A stretch of 64,000 nucleotides of DNA from Octopus sinensis (lineage: Eukaryota). Position 1 is the first letter of the stretch. The number at the start of each line of letters is the position of its first letter. A model generated the notes under the pieces. It made no database searches. It was not told where the DNA came from and saw only the letters and a program-made list of their open reading frames with translations. The position numbers were made by a program, and so were the translations under genes. The stretch covers positions 1 to 64,000 of the forward strand of contig NW_021834418.1 in NCBI RefSeq assembly GCF_006345805.1, read 5' to 3'. Of this stretch, positions 33,951 through 48,475 are shown piece by piece.

Positions 33951-35748
33951 GTTAGTATAAACTATACTTCTGTTCACTCTTTCTCATTTTGTCTTTCTCT
34001 TCTTCTCTTTTATTCCTCTCATTTTCTCTTTGTGTCGCCCCCTCTCTTCCCGCTTCTCACACGCACACGCACGCACGCACACGCACGCACGCACACGCAC
34101 GAACGCACACTGAAGCAAATCATGTGATATATCACGTTTGTAACGATACCAATAGACCCTACAGAGACTGCACAAGATTGCTTACTCCTTTTTAGGTATT
34201 TGTCAAATCAGAATTTAAAAGTGGTGTCTAATATGGACCAGGTGTGAAAAGGATGTTGTCTAACCTCAGAATATAGATATCTCTACGTTAAATTATAGAT
34301 AGGGACTGAGACTGGAATCCAGTATAGCGATCAGAACTCCTGGCTGACTTGTATGGAGTGTAGATAACAATACCGAGTCTGCTAACTGGTGATCAAGTGT
34401 ACTGGCTACGGCTGGTGGTATTGTACGTGAGTGACCAGAGCTTAAATGTGGCCACTTGACTATCATTAACTAGAGTGTCTATTGATTGTAGTTATAGACT
34501 ACATTGAACAAGGTCTCTTAGCATTGATGAATGAATATGTGTGGTTAATGAATGAACGCAGAATGTAACAATGTGGACTGGACAGACCACACCTGTAACT
34601 AATGGACAAAGCTAACTTAGGGTCGTATGTATTATGCAAAATGTGGAGGGATGAAGTACCACTGAGAGAACCCAAGTGAGTACATATTGCACTTCTATTC
34701 TTCTCCACCTCACCAAATCGTCCTATCCCTCAAACCTATCTCTTTTCATGCAACACCTCGCCTCATTAATTGTCCAGTGTATCTTTGTAAGGTAACACCG
34801 CACATCCAATTCAAAGCTACTTCTTCCCACATCTTCTCCAACCAACCTCATATCCTTTGTGAATCTGCTCTCTATAAACCCTACACATATCCTTTATTGT
34901 CGCCTCTCCGCTGTCCATTCTTTCTTAAGCACTACGACCCATCAATGAGCTTCAAAATTCACCCCACCTCAGTTGATGCTTTGCATAAATAAAATCTCTG
35001 TGATCATAATATTATAGTATGTGGTAGGCACGTCTCGTGGTAGGCCTGACTCGTCCGAGACAAACCGATGGATATAGCCAGCCACACCGTATTGTCGGCT
35101 AAACATTATTAATCCCCTCTTACCCACCAGTTCTCTGCATCTCGCCATCTCTCGTATTGTTCTACTCAAACCACATGCAATTCCCTTCACCAACAATTTT
35201 CCCGTTCAAACGTGAACGACATCATTTTCCATTTCGGGAAATCACGACCACATGCGTCACAAAATCCCTTTCCTTTCTCCGTTTATTGACATCCACACAC
35301 AAACATCTACCCCCATGCAATACACATCACAGCCACAATACTTACCCGTACACATACACAGTGCCACAGAGACACGCATACACACACAGAACCAAACACA
35401 CACCACACCAAACACACGCAAAAACACAAACACACGCACACATACACACATACACACACACACGCACACTACGCACGTACACAAACACACAGGCACACAC
35501 AAACACACGTAAAACATCACACACACACATGTAGAGAAGACAAACGCCAGCTGTGAACTTATACGCACTCTCATACAGCACACACCGCTTACACTAACAT
35601 AAACCCTAACATATATACACCACAATTCGTTCACACGCGCTAAATATGACTCCTTTAAGGGTCAAAACTGTAATGAATGTTTCCGTAATTTTAGATATTA
35701 TTTTGCTTAATATGATTTTTATTTTTGATTTATTCTTACTATTTCTAG

Positions 35749-36244
35749 GTTTGGCTGGTGGAGAATGGTTCGACAACGCAGGTGGCGGAAGTAATCTCTT
35801 ATGTCTACCCAACGATCCCATTTGGGGCCAATATACTACAGAACATGAAGGTGGAAGTTGGATTCATGGCACTGAATAGCAACTGGAATACTAACAACTA
35901 ACAAACCTTTTCCTTTGCTAACGCTAAATCGCTTCATGATCACAACGTTCCATGCGCTGTCTGTTTGACACAACAACCTGCTGTTGTTATGAATGTACCA
36001 GCCAGGACAAAGTGTTACCCTGGTTGACGATTGAGTATTCAGGATATTTGATGACGCGAGGTTCTGGTATAAGGGCAGACATGAATATGTGTGTGTGGAC
36101 TATGCACCAGAAGCTGATCCAGCAGGTTACAAAAACGAAAATGGAGTTCGATTATATTTCGTTCAGGCATCTTGTGGTTCATTGCCATGTCCACCGTATG
36201 TCAATGGTCGAGAATTAACCTGCGTTGTGTGCAGTAAATATTGA
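35749..36244 (+). CDS. Copy B exon 4 (apparent stop and indels)
   Basis: GLAGGEWFDNAGGGSNLLCLPNDP...GRHEYVCVDYAPEADPAGY...CVVCSKY*. Confidence 0.75.
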
Positions 36245-37692
36245 ATAGAAATTAAATTCGATTCCATATAAAAATATGTCTGTGAATTATAAGAAATGAT
36301 ATGAATGTTTACCTAATATTTTCATTCAAGTATGTCTATCGTTAAAAGAAACTGGTATATCAGAAGATATTGAAAACCATACAAAAGATGCTACGTATAA
36401 AGCCAGAAATATCCTGAGAAATAAAATCTAAATCTGTCGAACAATTCTAGAAAACATTTGTAAAGATTTCAGTTTATCAAATTAATGTTAAAATAAAATG
36501 CTATTTCGGTTAACATATTTTGTCTCGTGTCTCATTATTCAGAAAACCCTAAATATAGTACCACATAGAAATATATCAGCTTGTTTTCACAGCCTTAGAA
36601 ATCTAATACTTGACGCTACTATCTCAGACATCTTGGTTTTCAAATTACACCTCGGATTCTGAAAGGACCATGAACCACCACATTATTTAGCACAGAAACA
36701 CATGATCGCTTCAACAACAACAACCAGTTACTTCTACACAAACCATTTTTTTTGCTGTATTTCATCAGGGAAGATTTCCGTCCATTCTTACCTCATATCT
36801 TAAAACCTATTTATCATCTCTTTTAGATATAACGCAATTATTCGTTTAAAGACTTCTGAGAATGTGGAAACTACACGATCAATCCTTCAAAAGACTTTCG
36901 AAATAAATATTGGTCCTCCCAACCTAAATCTAAATCACAACCTTCCCACCTCTCACAGAAATGACAAAATGGAACTCTATCCACAGAACACTCACATCAT
37001 ACACTAACCGCTGATATACAGAATGAGAAAGGAAATCAACAAGAAAATTGCCTCATTTCAGCAGCAGAGAACATCAAATACGACGATTTCTTTCACTCAT
37101 CTACGTAAACATACAGAACCGAAGAATGGATGGATCCTAAAGCTGAATACATTTCATGCGAAACGAATACAACACACATAAAGTGAGAATAAAGAGAGCA
37201 AATATAGTCAGGGCAAGTACGGATGCTGTTGTAAGAAGGCTGAGATGTGTGACCGTCACGTTATATCCAATAGGATTCATGACAGTATGTTGGAGTGTGT
37301 CGAAAATTTGTCAGATAAACGAAGGTTTCGGTTAACAGCATCAAGCTGCAATAAAGATTAAAGATTATTAATGTTACTATCCCACTATTATTAGTCTGAT
37401 GGGTAAATCTGCATCGCTTCTCTAGATTACAAATATTTTCCTGGTTGTAAATCGTAACAATTGCAAAGAATACGGACGCTGGTAGATCTTCAAATCATCT
37501 TTGATTCAGCGGCATAATTAGACAGTTAAACACCCCGCCGGTGTTTAAGCTGTACAGAGCATGCACAGCTGCATATGCAACCCGCCATTACGATAGGAAA
37601 ATTATGGGACATTGTTGAAATCTGACATGGCTGTAAGATTTATTTTGTAGCTTATTTCAAATTCACCTTATTTCGAGGGCCAAACAGAGAGT

Positions 37693-37810
<118 letters not shown>

Positions 37811-38174
37811 ACACATACATATATATATATATATATATTAAATTTGGTCAAACTATATCTGAGGGGTCTAATGTGCTTCATCTAAGAATATTTAATCATA
37901 ACTATGGAATTCCGTCGTACAAATGCAGTCCATACGGAAGGTGCACTTGCGAATTGAGTTTCACATGGGAGATACTGTACCTGTATGTTTTGCTATGATT
38001 TATAAAACAAGAAGAAACATATTCAAAGCTAGTGATAATGACTAGCTAAAAATACGTATGAATGTCATTATTCGGTTTTAATAGAATATTTCTGGCCAAC
38101 AGAAAGAGAGACGGCTTCTAACTTAGTTCCAAGTATCTTTCATTGGAATTTCAACAACATGAACAGGATATTTT

Positions 38175-38931
38175 TGTATGTATGTATGTATGTATGTATG
38201 TATGTATGTATGTATGTATGTATGTATGTATGTATGTATGTATGCATGCATGTATGTATGCATGTATGCATGTATGTATGCATGTATGTATGTATGTATG
38301 CATGAATGTATGCATGTATGTATGTATGTATGTATGTATGTATGTACGTATGTAAGTATGTATGTATGTATGCATGTATGAATGTTTGTATGTATGTATG
38401 CATGCATGTATGTATGCATGTATGCATGTATGTATGCATGTATGTATGTATGTATGCATGAATGTATGCATGTATGTATGTATGTATGTATGTATGTATG
38501 TACGTATGTAAGTATGTATGTATGTATGCATGTATGAATGTTTGTATGTATGTATGTATGTATGTATGTATGTATCTATGCATGCATGCATGTATGTATG
38601 TATGTATGTATGTATGCATGTATGCATGTATGTATGTATGTATGTATGCATGTTGTATGTATGTATGTATGCATGTATGTATGTATGTATGTATGTATGT
38701 ATGCATGCATGTATGTATGTATGTATGTATGCATGTATGTATGCATGTATGTATGTATGTATTATGTATGCATGCATGAATGTATGCTTGTATGTATGTA
38801 TGCATGTATGTATGTATGCATGTATGCATGTATGTATGCATGTATGTATGTATGTATGTTTGTATGCATGTATGAATGTTTGTATGTATGTATGTATGTA
38901 TATATGTATTTATGAATGCATGTATGTATGT
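38175..38931. repeat. (ATGT)n/(ATGC) tetranucleotide satellite (also 39486-40086 and 40636-40930)
   Basis: Direct reading; source of the MYVC/HTYI ORFs. Confidence 0.95.
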
Positions 38932-39485
38932 CAGGTCACTTTCGAGTGCTACTGGCGACATGTAACCCAGTACAACCTGTTGCATTGTCGGGTCGTCGGC
39001 GACTAAACCGGCAACGCAACCAAGCTTGCTTGGTGAGGAGGGAGTTTATTGGACAACCTGCGGGATGAAAAACAAAACCCGTCAAAGAGCGGAGGAACTC
39101 TTAAGAACCAACGGCCATCCAATAACTGTCTTAAGGCTGTATCATGCGCGGGGACACAGAAATAATCGGACTGAATATCCGATCGCGCGGTTAAACCATT
39201 GGGAGTGAAGGACCCCTAGACTTTGTTAGGGCATCCTTCTAGGAGAAGGTAACTCAGGTAACTGGGATAACACCGACATAAAACCTGCGGCTCAGTGGTT
39301 ACCGACGATGTTGACTTGTTCTTCTTTTCGGAATATGGCTGCTGTTGCTTAGTGACTGGGATTGACTCAGTGCACAGCCTTTCCTCATTATAAAAAAAAT
39401 CTTCATGCACAGGCATTGCAAGATAACGACGTTGATTAAGCTTCGTGCAATGCCCATACTCGATAACGAGGGGGCAGCCACCAAG
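38932..39485 (+). mobile_element. Non-coding repeat resembling the 5' region of an RTE-clade LINE; second copy at 40091-40635
   Basis: Two similar ~550-bp copies. The motif gggcatccttctaggagaaggtaactc resembles the CTAGGAGAAGG..AACTC motif recalled from RTE 5' regions. Confidence 0.4.
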
Positions 39486-41099
39486 TATGTATGTATGTAT
39501 GTATGGATGGATGGATGTAAGTATGTATGCATGTATGTATGGATGTAAGTATGTATGTATATATATGTATGTGTATATGTGTCTATCTATATATACATGC
39601 TTATATTCAAACATACATGCATGTATACATGTATACATACATGTATGTATGTATACATATATGCATGCATGTATATATGTAAGTATGGAGGTATGTATGT
39701 GTGTATGTATGTATGTATGTATGTATGTGTGGGTGTGTATGTATGTTTGTATGTATGTATGTGTGTATGTATGTGTGTATGTATGTATATATGTGTGTGT
39801 GTATGTATATATGTATGAATGAGGGTATGTATGTATGTATGTATGTATGTATATATGTATGTATTTAAGTATGTGTGTATGTATGTATATATGTGTGTAT
39901 GGGGGTATGTATGTATATATGGATGTATGGGGGTATGTATGTATGTATGTATGTATGTATGTATGTATGTATGTATGCATGTATGTATGTATGTATGTAT
40001 GCATGTATGTATGTATGTATATATGTATGTATGTATATATGTATGTATGTATGTATGTATATATGTATGTATGTATGCATGTATGTAGTTCAGGTCACTT
40101 CCGAGTGCTACTGGTAACATGTAACCCAGTACAACCTGTTGCATTGTCGGGTCGTCGGCGACTAAACCGTCAACCCCACCAAACTTGTTTGGAGAGGAGG
40201 GAGTTTATTGGACACCCTGCGGGATGAAAAACAAAACCCATCAAAGAGCGGAGGAACTCTTGAGAGTCAACTGCCATCCAATATATGTTTTAAGGCTGTA
40301 TCATGCGCGGGGACATAGAAATAATCGGACTGAATACCCGATCGCGCGTTTAAACCATGGGAGTGCAGGACTCCTAGACTTTGTTAGGGCATCCTTCTAG
40401 GAGAGGTACTCAGGTAACTGGGATAACTCCGATATAAAACCTGCGGCTCAGTGGTTACCGATGATGTGGACTTTTTTTCGGATTATTGCTGGTGTTGCTT
40501 AGTGAGTGGGATTGACTCAGTGCACAGCCTTTCCTCGCTTTCAAAAAAAACTTCATGCACAGGCATTGCAAGATAACAACTTTGATTAAGCTTCGTGCAA
40601 TGGCCCTACTCGATAACGAGGGAGCAGCCACCAAGTATGTATGTATGTATGTATGTATGGATGGATGGATGGATGTAAGTATGTGTGTATGTATGTACGT
40701 ACGTATGTATGTATGTATGTATGTATGTATGTATGTATGTATGTATGTATGCATGTATATATGTGTCTATTCGATATATACATGCTTATATTCATGCATA
40801 CATGCATGCATACATGCATGCATACATGTATACATACATAAATGTATGTATACATATATGCATGCATGTGTGTATGTATGTTCGTATGTATGTATGTATG
40901 TATGTGTGTGTGTGTATGTATATATGTGTGGGTGGGTGGGAATTGGAAGGTTTTGATTTTGATATTCCCATAAATCTTTTCTAATCCGATTAACGCTTGT
41001 TGTGAAGAATCCAATCCGAACAGCGGACTTCATTAGATTAAATCTTGCGATTACTGTGTGGGTTGAACGAATTACTTCCCACGCTGGATATTAAAACAG

Positions 41100-41108
41100 T
41101 GTGTGAGT

Positions 41109-41146
<38 letters not shown>

Positions 41147-41495
41147 CTGTGTGTGTGTGTGTGTCATTGTATGTGTGCGTGTGGGAGTGTGTGTGTGTGT
41201 GTGTGTCAGTGTGTGTGTGTCAGTGTGTGTGTGTGTTTGTTTGTGTATGTGTGTCCGTTAGTGTGTGTGTGTGTGTGAGTGTGTGTGTGTATGCCAATGT
41301 ATGTGTGTTTATCAGTGTGTGTGTCAGTGTGTGTGTCAGTGTGTGTGTCTATGTGTGAGTGTGTGTGTGTGTGTGTGTGTCAGTGTGTGTGTTTCTCAGT
41401 GTGTGTGTCAGTGTGTGTTTGTGTGTCAGTGTGTGTGTGTGTTTCAGTGTGTGTGTCGGTGTGTGTGTGTCTGTGTGTGTCTTTGTGTCTGTGTA
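41100..41495. repeat. Complex (GT)n microsatellite upstream of copy C
   Basis: Direct reading. Confidence 0.9.
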
Positions 41496-41914
41496 TTTGT
41501 TGGTTGAACGAAATACTTCCCACACTGAATATTAAAACAGTTTCCCAAGAATAACAAATAAAATTAAATAACAAAATTAGTAAATAAATATATCATAATA
41601 TATCCAGAAACAGGAATCATTTCACTTTACACGTGTCTCTCATTCATCAAATATTTTTTGCTAATTATTGTGTGACAATATCAAACCATCTCTTTCCAAT
41701 AATTAAACCTGTCAGACAAGTTCACCCCCGCTTTTACAGTTCCACCAATCGCATTGGTTCATAAATTTATGATAAGATCTATGCCAGAGCTGGGTTGTTG
41801 TGGCGCTCAATAAATACGTGGAATTCAGTTACAGGTCTTCAGCTTAAACCTCGCATCTCGATCTTTTGTTGAAGCCACACGAAGTATCACGTACGACCGA
41901 CAACTGTCACCAGA

Positions 41915-42056
41915 ATGGATTTCGCACAACTGTCCAGGAATATTTCGCAGCGTTATTCCATTTCTTCTCTCATAGCTTTTGGGGTTCTTCTCGTTCTGAC
42001 GATCGTGATCTTCATCAGATTCAAGAATAGGAAAAATTGAAGAGAAATCGAAAACG
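41915..42056 (+). CDS. Copy C exon 1 (142 nt, two 1-nt deletions)
   Basis: gat[t]ctt and catca[a]gat deletions relative to copy B; donor gtaagt at 42057. Confidence 0.72.
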
Positions 42057-43125
42057 GTAAGTCATGGATTTTGTGTTAATATATGTATGTCTTTATGTAT
42101 TTATATATGCATGTATGTATGTATGCATTTACGTATGTATGTATTAATATGTGGATGTATGTACGTACCGATGGATGGATGGATGTAAGGATGTATGCAT
42201 GAATCACGTACATATGTTCCTATGGAGCACACACACACACATAAGATCACACACATAATCACACACGAACACACAGGCGCACACACCTAAATATACATAT
42301 ATATACATATACGTATATTTGTATATATATTATACATATATATGTATATATAAATATACATATATATGAATATATTAGTGCGTGAACATATATGGATATA
42401 TATATACAAACAAATACATGCGTGTGTGTATCTATCACTGTATCTCTCTGTCTATCCCTCTCTCTCTCTCTATTTATCTATATATATATATGTATGTGTG
42501 TGTGTGTGTGTGTGTGTTTGTATATAAATATATTCTTTTAACCGTTTCAGTCATTTGACTGCGGCCATGCTAGAGCACTGCGTTCAGTAGAACAAATCGA
42601 CTTCAGGAATTATTCCTTGTAAGCCTATTGCTAATTCTATCGGTATCTCTAGACAATCGGCTATGTAACAGGGACGTAAACACACCGACATGAGTTGAGA
42701 ATCGATAGTGGTGTGACAATAACAGACACATACATAAAACATAGATACATACACACTATGTGTGCTATACACACTCACATACACACACACACATACATCT
42801 ATATATATATATATACATAACATATATACATACACACATATATAGTTACGTATGTATATACATACATATCTATCAATCAATCTATTTGTCTGCATATCTA
42901 TCTATCTATCTATCCATATAATAATAAGAGTAAATAATTTCTATAAAGGCTTTTTAAAAAACCCCAATTATTTACTGGTAGAATTCGGTATGTAAATATA
43001 GCCGTTTAGCGGCAGGAACTTCTGTAAAGTTCAGTAACCTGTTTGCCTGTCCCTTTTTCTTATATATCTATCTATCTATCTATCTATCTATATATATATA
43101 TCTATATATATATATATTATATATT

Positions 43126-43156
<31 letters not shown>

Positions 43157-45144
43157 GGATATATATATCGATATCTATATATACATACATATACACACAT
43201 CCCAATTAAACACAAAGAAGGGTGGAATTGTACTCCTGTCCGATCGCTCTTTCACCAGACATAATCCTGGAGAGGGAAATAAGTGCGTAATGAAAAAAAT
43301 CTAATGGTGGGGTTCTAGCATGGCCATGCCCTGTCGCTGCAACGTTTAGCCCTATTAATATTAGTGTTAAGTATTATATCTAGATGTACACTTACACACA
43401 CGCACAGAAACAGACACATACAAACACACACACACGCACACGTAGGAATACGTACATATTTACACACATTTATCTATTTCTCTCCATCAGGAACGGAAGT
43501 GAGGCGAGTTTTTTTTAATCTTTCTTCCAACTGAAAATAAAACGTGCGAGTGCCAATGTAGATCGGTGAATTTCGTAATGTTTGACTGTAATTCACGTGG
43601 TTTTTATATATGACAATATGTAAGAACGATGTATGTAAATACATCACACCAGACACACGGACAAACACACGCACAAATAAACACAAACACACACACATAC
43701 GCACGCACACAGACACACGTGCTCAATTGTACACGAACAATCACACTATACAGTGTATGTCCACTCACATATATGTGTGCGTTTGTGTGTGTGTGTGCTT
43801 ATAACTAGATACGTATATTGTGATATTTATGGTGTGTATGCTTATGTGTACGTGATATACCTATATATTGATATGTGTTTATATATAATATATATATATA
43901 TATATATAATATTATATAATATATATATTATATATATTATATATATATATGTCTGTTTGGAGGCGCAGGGCATGGCCAGTGCTTCGGGTCGCGGACTCAC
44001 GGTTTTAGGATCGCGATTTCGATTCCCAACTAGGTTGTGAGCACTCTTTCGCTACAACTTTCTCCCTTTCTTCTGTTGGCCTGCTCGCTTAGCCAGCGGG
44101 CTGGCGTCATTTGAAGGCTTAAACATGCGAAGCGCATTGTGACCAGCGATATGTAGCAACAACTGGTAGCTTGGTCTGTAACGGTGATCACGGAGTTATA
44201 TGTATACACGCACACACACATACACATAAGTATACACATATAGACACAGACACAAACACACACACGCACACAAAACTCACAACCCCACGGATACACGTAT
44301 ATACACCCATATACGCTTACACACATACAAACTCACACGTACACGCACACACAACTACACTCACATACGAGACGCATGCACATACAAACACACACACACA
44401 AATGAACGCACACATACGTCCCATACACACGGCACACAATTATACATACACGCACACAATTATACATACATGTATACACGCATACGCACAGATATTCGCC
44501 ACACACCCAAACGCTACGCATACACACACATGCACACACACACACTACAAACAAAACACACACATACACACACACGCGTGTCATCATTGCACATATACCC
44601 ACATACATACACGCACACGTACACTAAGTAAGCACTGTTATTCGCCACACACCCTAACTCTACGCCTACACACACATGCACACACATGCGTGTCATCATT
44701 GCACATATACCCACATACATACACGCACTCGTACACTAAGTAAGCACTGTTATTCGCCACACACCCTAACTCTACGCCTACACACATGAACACACACATA
44801 CATACACACACACTACAAGCAAAACACACACATGATACATATACATACACGCACACACAACACATACTTCAAACAAGCAGTACCTACAACTTGACCTGTG
44901 GTAGAGACAAAAGGAGCCACGCCCAATTCCTTCTTCCTTGACCTTAACACTACTAGCCCTACAACACGCAAAGATTAACAGCCACAACCACACACTCACA
45001 TACACACACACATGCACATACACATACACGTGTCATCATTGCACACATACACACATACACACACACGCACACGCAGACCTCCACACACTCTCTTATCCAC
45101 ACTTACACACACATTCCTCTTCCTCTACCACTATTCTGTTTGAA

Positions 45145-45370
45145 AGAACTTATCTTCACCCATTTCCTTCCGGTCATTCAAAATGTGGCGCGTGTGTACA
45201 GTTGGCGATTTTTTCCCTCTGTCTTCCCTCCTCTGGATCTTTCCTTCTTGTATGTTTCCGACGAAGAACTCCACCCGAAACCCTCCTTCTTTCCTTATTT
45301 CCTGAGCGTCCAATAATACTATCTTTTGTTCACGTCCTCGCGTCGTTGTACTTTTGTGCTGTCATGTTTG
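45145..45370 (+). mobile_element. Penelope-type terminal fragment with a decayed hammerhead (also 58500-58745)
   Basis: gtttCCGACGAagaactccacccGAAAC at 45254-45281; the copy D version keeps GAAACGTTAAAC. Confidence 0.5.
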
Positions 45371-45589
45371 ATTAAATTTACCTATATATATACATGTGTG
45401 TGTGTGTATATATATATTATATATATATATATATATATATGTAGAAATACGTGTGTGTATATGTGTGTGTGTGTGTGTGTTGTGTGTGTGGTGTGTGTCT
45501 GTGTGTGTGTGTCTGTGTGTGTGTGTACTAGCAGACATCCCCGGCATTGCTGGGGATTGAAATGGCAAAGTTGGTATATAATATATTCC

Positions 45590-46170
45590 AGTCATTTTGA
45601 AACAGGTGATATTGGAAAGTGCAACATTGACAACAAAACATTTGTAGAGTAAATGCTGGGCTAATTCGACTAAGCAACATGCTATGCGTCCGTTTGGAGT
45701 GTTTCAGGCCCTAACCTGTCATACAAAATTGGATGTGGGGTTTGTGTGATTTTTGAACGCACCGAAAAACTGTCAGTGGGTATACTCTCCTTTGCAGCAG
45801 TGTGCGCTGTGTGTAACACGAACTATCATCGGAAATTGTGACACCTCACGTCGGGTTTGTTGTCCTACATCACTCATACAGAAAATTTGGAGGAACTGTG
45901 GTTGTTCATTCGCGGGTACCAGAGAACCAATAAGGCGATAGACTTGCCCTTGAACTTTGACGTCGGCGTAAATTCATGTTTATCTATCTTCTTAGATTCA
46001 CCAAAAGATGTCATTTGAAATGCTGAGTTGTATTGTCTGATATTGTTCAGAAAATCCTTTGACCGGATTGAAGCGCCTTCTAGAAAATTCCTAAGGGGTT
46101 GAGATGGTAGTGTTGGCAATGTTAACTGTCCGAATATGTAGTCATCTATTGCATTGTTTTAAGTTCTAAA
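45590..46170 (-). mobile_element. Helitron Rep fragment, intron 1 of copy C
   Basis: ORF 46119-45874: LPSQPLRNFLEGASIRSKDFLNNIRQYNSAFQMTSFG. Confidence 0.8.
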
Positions 46171-46224
46171 CGATAATGAATACCCTGAAGTTCTATTATA
46201 TGATGCTATTCTATTTTTTCACAG

Positions 46225-46276
46225 AACCGTTTCATCTCCAAGAAATCTCTCGACGATAAACCTGATGACACACCAA
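46225..46276 (+). CDS. Copy C exon 2 (intact)
   Basis: 52 nt, NRFISKKSLDDKPDDTP. Confidence 0.75.
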
Positions 46277-48401
46277 GTAAGAACTAATTTTATGGCTAAA
46301 GTCTTTTACCCGTGACTCATTAACTAATGATTTATAATTTCACCAACTTTGAATTAATTCCACATTACTATCCATATGTCCACAATAATATATACTAAGA
46401 CACTTGCCTGAATTTATTTTAAACTATGTTCTACTTTACAAGAATTCCCTAAATATAATGTTATTCTAATATACTATGCCATTTATTGAGTATATATGAG
46501 TATATATGCAGTGATACGTCGAGAATTGTTTCGGTCTGGACGGTTCCACCGAGTGTGCTCTTCGCCGAGTGTCCGAGGCGGCGGGTATGTTCACTGTGAA
46601 CAAATTAGAGTGCTCAGAGCGAGCCCTACCGGCTTGCATACGATAAGCATAGAATGCCCTCTTCTTTTGAGAATCAAATGCCCTGAGCTGGCGCTTCACT
46701 GCGTTTATATCTACAATTCAGCATTCTGTCCACTCTTGTGTTTCCAATCATTCGTGAATAGAGACCCGAAATAATGATGTTCCACTTCCTACACAGTGCG
46801 TATTTGTCAACCAATTCAGTGCACGTTGCACGTTGTTGTGACCATCAGACGAATCTGGTAGCAGCATGTCGTCTACAAATAAGAGTCGACCGATCACGTA
46901 GAGATGAATTGGGATACCTCTACCACAATGGCTGCGCATATTCACCAGATCACAAAAAAGAATATTGAGAAGGGGCACTAACAATGCACACTTCAACTAA
47001 GTGAAACCTTCACGTTGAAAACTTTCGACTTTTACAGAAATACAAACATTTGAACATCCATATAAGTACTTTATGGCAACCATGATTTGCCCATTAAACT
47101 CACCTTCCTGGAAAACCATCCAAAACAATACCCAGGGCACGTGATCGTGTGCCTTTTCGTGGTTTATAGCGTTTTTAAACTTTGGAAATATTTCTGTATT
47201 TGCTGGAAGATCTGTTTTGAACGTCTAAAAGGTCGAGTGTACCGCGTGTCGGACGGTAATCTTGGGCGCGACAATTTTCCTACATATCTTTTCTTGACAT
47301 CTAGTGTAGACATTTCTATAATTCGAGCACACTCCTTGGTCTCTGTCCGAAGAAATTGTGATTGTCACCCTATATTTCATTGCCTTGGTATTTTTTCCAG
47401 AGGTCCCATCCACCTAGCGTACATGGGACACTCAGAGAATACCATCTGTATTTAAGGTTTCTAAAATATCAAGCCGAACCTGCTTTTCACCAGCAGCTAT
47501 ATCACTTTTAAGTGAGATTAGCTCAAATAAGAGTTCAACCGAAGAAGAACCTGCCGAAAAAAATAATACAATCACGAATCCATTTCGATGTCCAAGTTCA
47601 TTCAGGCGGGTCACTCTCAATTTGGATGCAAAAGTCGGACAAACGAAATTTTTTAGAGCAGACATTTATTATATCTTACAGGCAGATAATATCTAACAAT
47701 TCAGACAGTTTAATTCTCAATTATTAAAGGTTGTTCCCTTCTTGATCTGCTTTGGTATCCTGAGACCGTCAATTTTGTGCTCCCACGCCAAACACCCCAT
47801 ATTTAGTTCCAGGCTACTTGCTGGTTTCACCGGTATTGTGTGGGGTGTGCTATACATTTATCGAACGAACTCCTCTACTCGAGATCCGGATGCGATGTCT
47901 TTTAACTAAATCGACAAAGATGCGGTATGGTTGTTATTTTCATATTGTAGTTATGATGGCCTTATTTGCGCCGAGCTCCAAACTGATATTTCTAATTGAC
48001 CGATGAATATTCGCACCTGGCGAATATTTTATCATTATTCTATTGAGTTTTATCATTATTCTATTGGGAAGTATATATACTCATACCCAAGTTTACGTAT
48101 CATACATACATCCGTTCATAGCGGAGACCGATACACATTCTGATATTCTGAGATTAATCTCTCAATCTTTGACATCAACGTCACCAACAGGCTCAACAGA
48201 CAAATGTCTTTTTTTTTTCTTTCTTTACAATTTATTCTTATTATTTACATCTTTCGTTCTGACTTTCATTCATTCACTCGTTCTTTCTTAAATTTATATT
48301 TCTCTCTCTTCTCCATCAATTCCTTCCCATCCAACAATCTACTTTGTAAATGATTCCCAATTCTTTCTTTTAACCTACATTATTTCATTTTAATATCACA
48401 G

Positions 48402-48475
48402 AACCCGGTCTCGGATCATTGTATACCCGATGGGGCAGAACAACTTGTCCTCCTTATTCAAACCTTGTATATACG
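48402..48475 (+). CDS. Copy C exon 3 (74 nt, 1 nt short)
   Basis: KPGLGSLYTRWGRTTCPPYSNLVY[D]-G; tatacg versus tatgacg. Confidence 0.75.
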
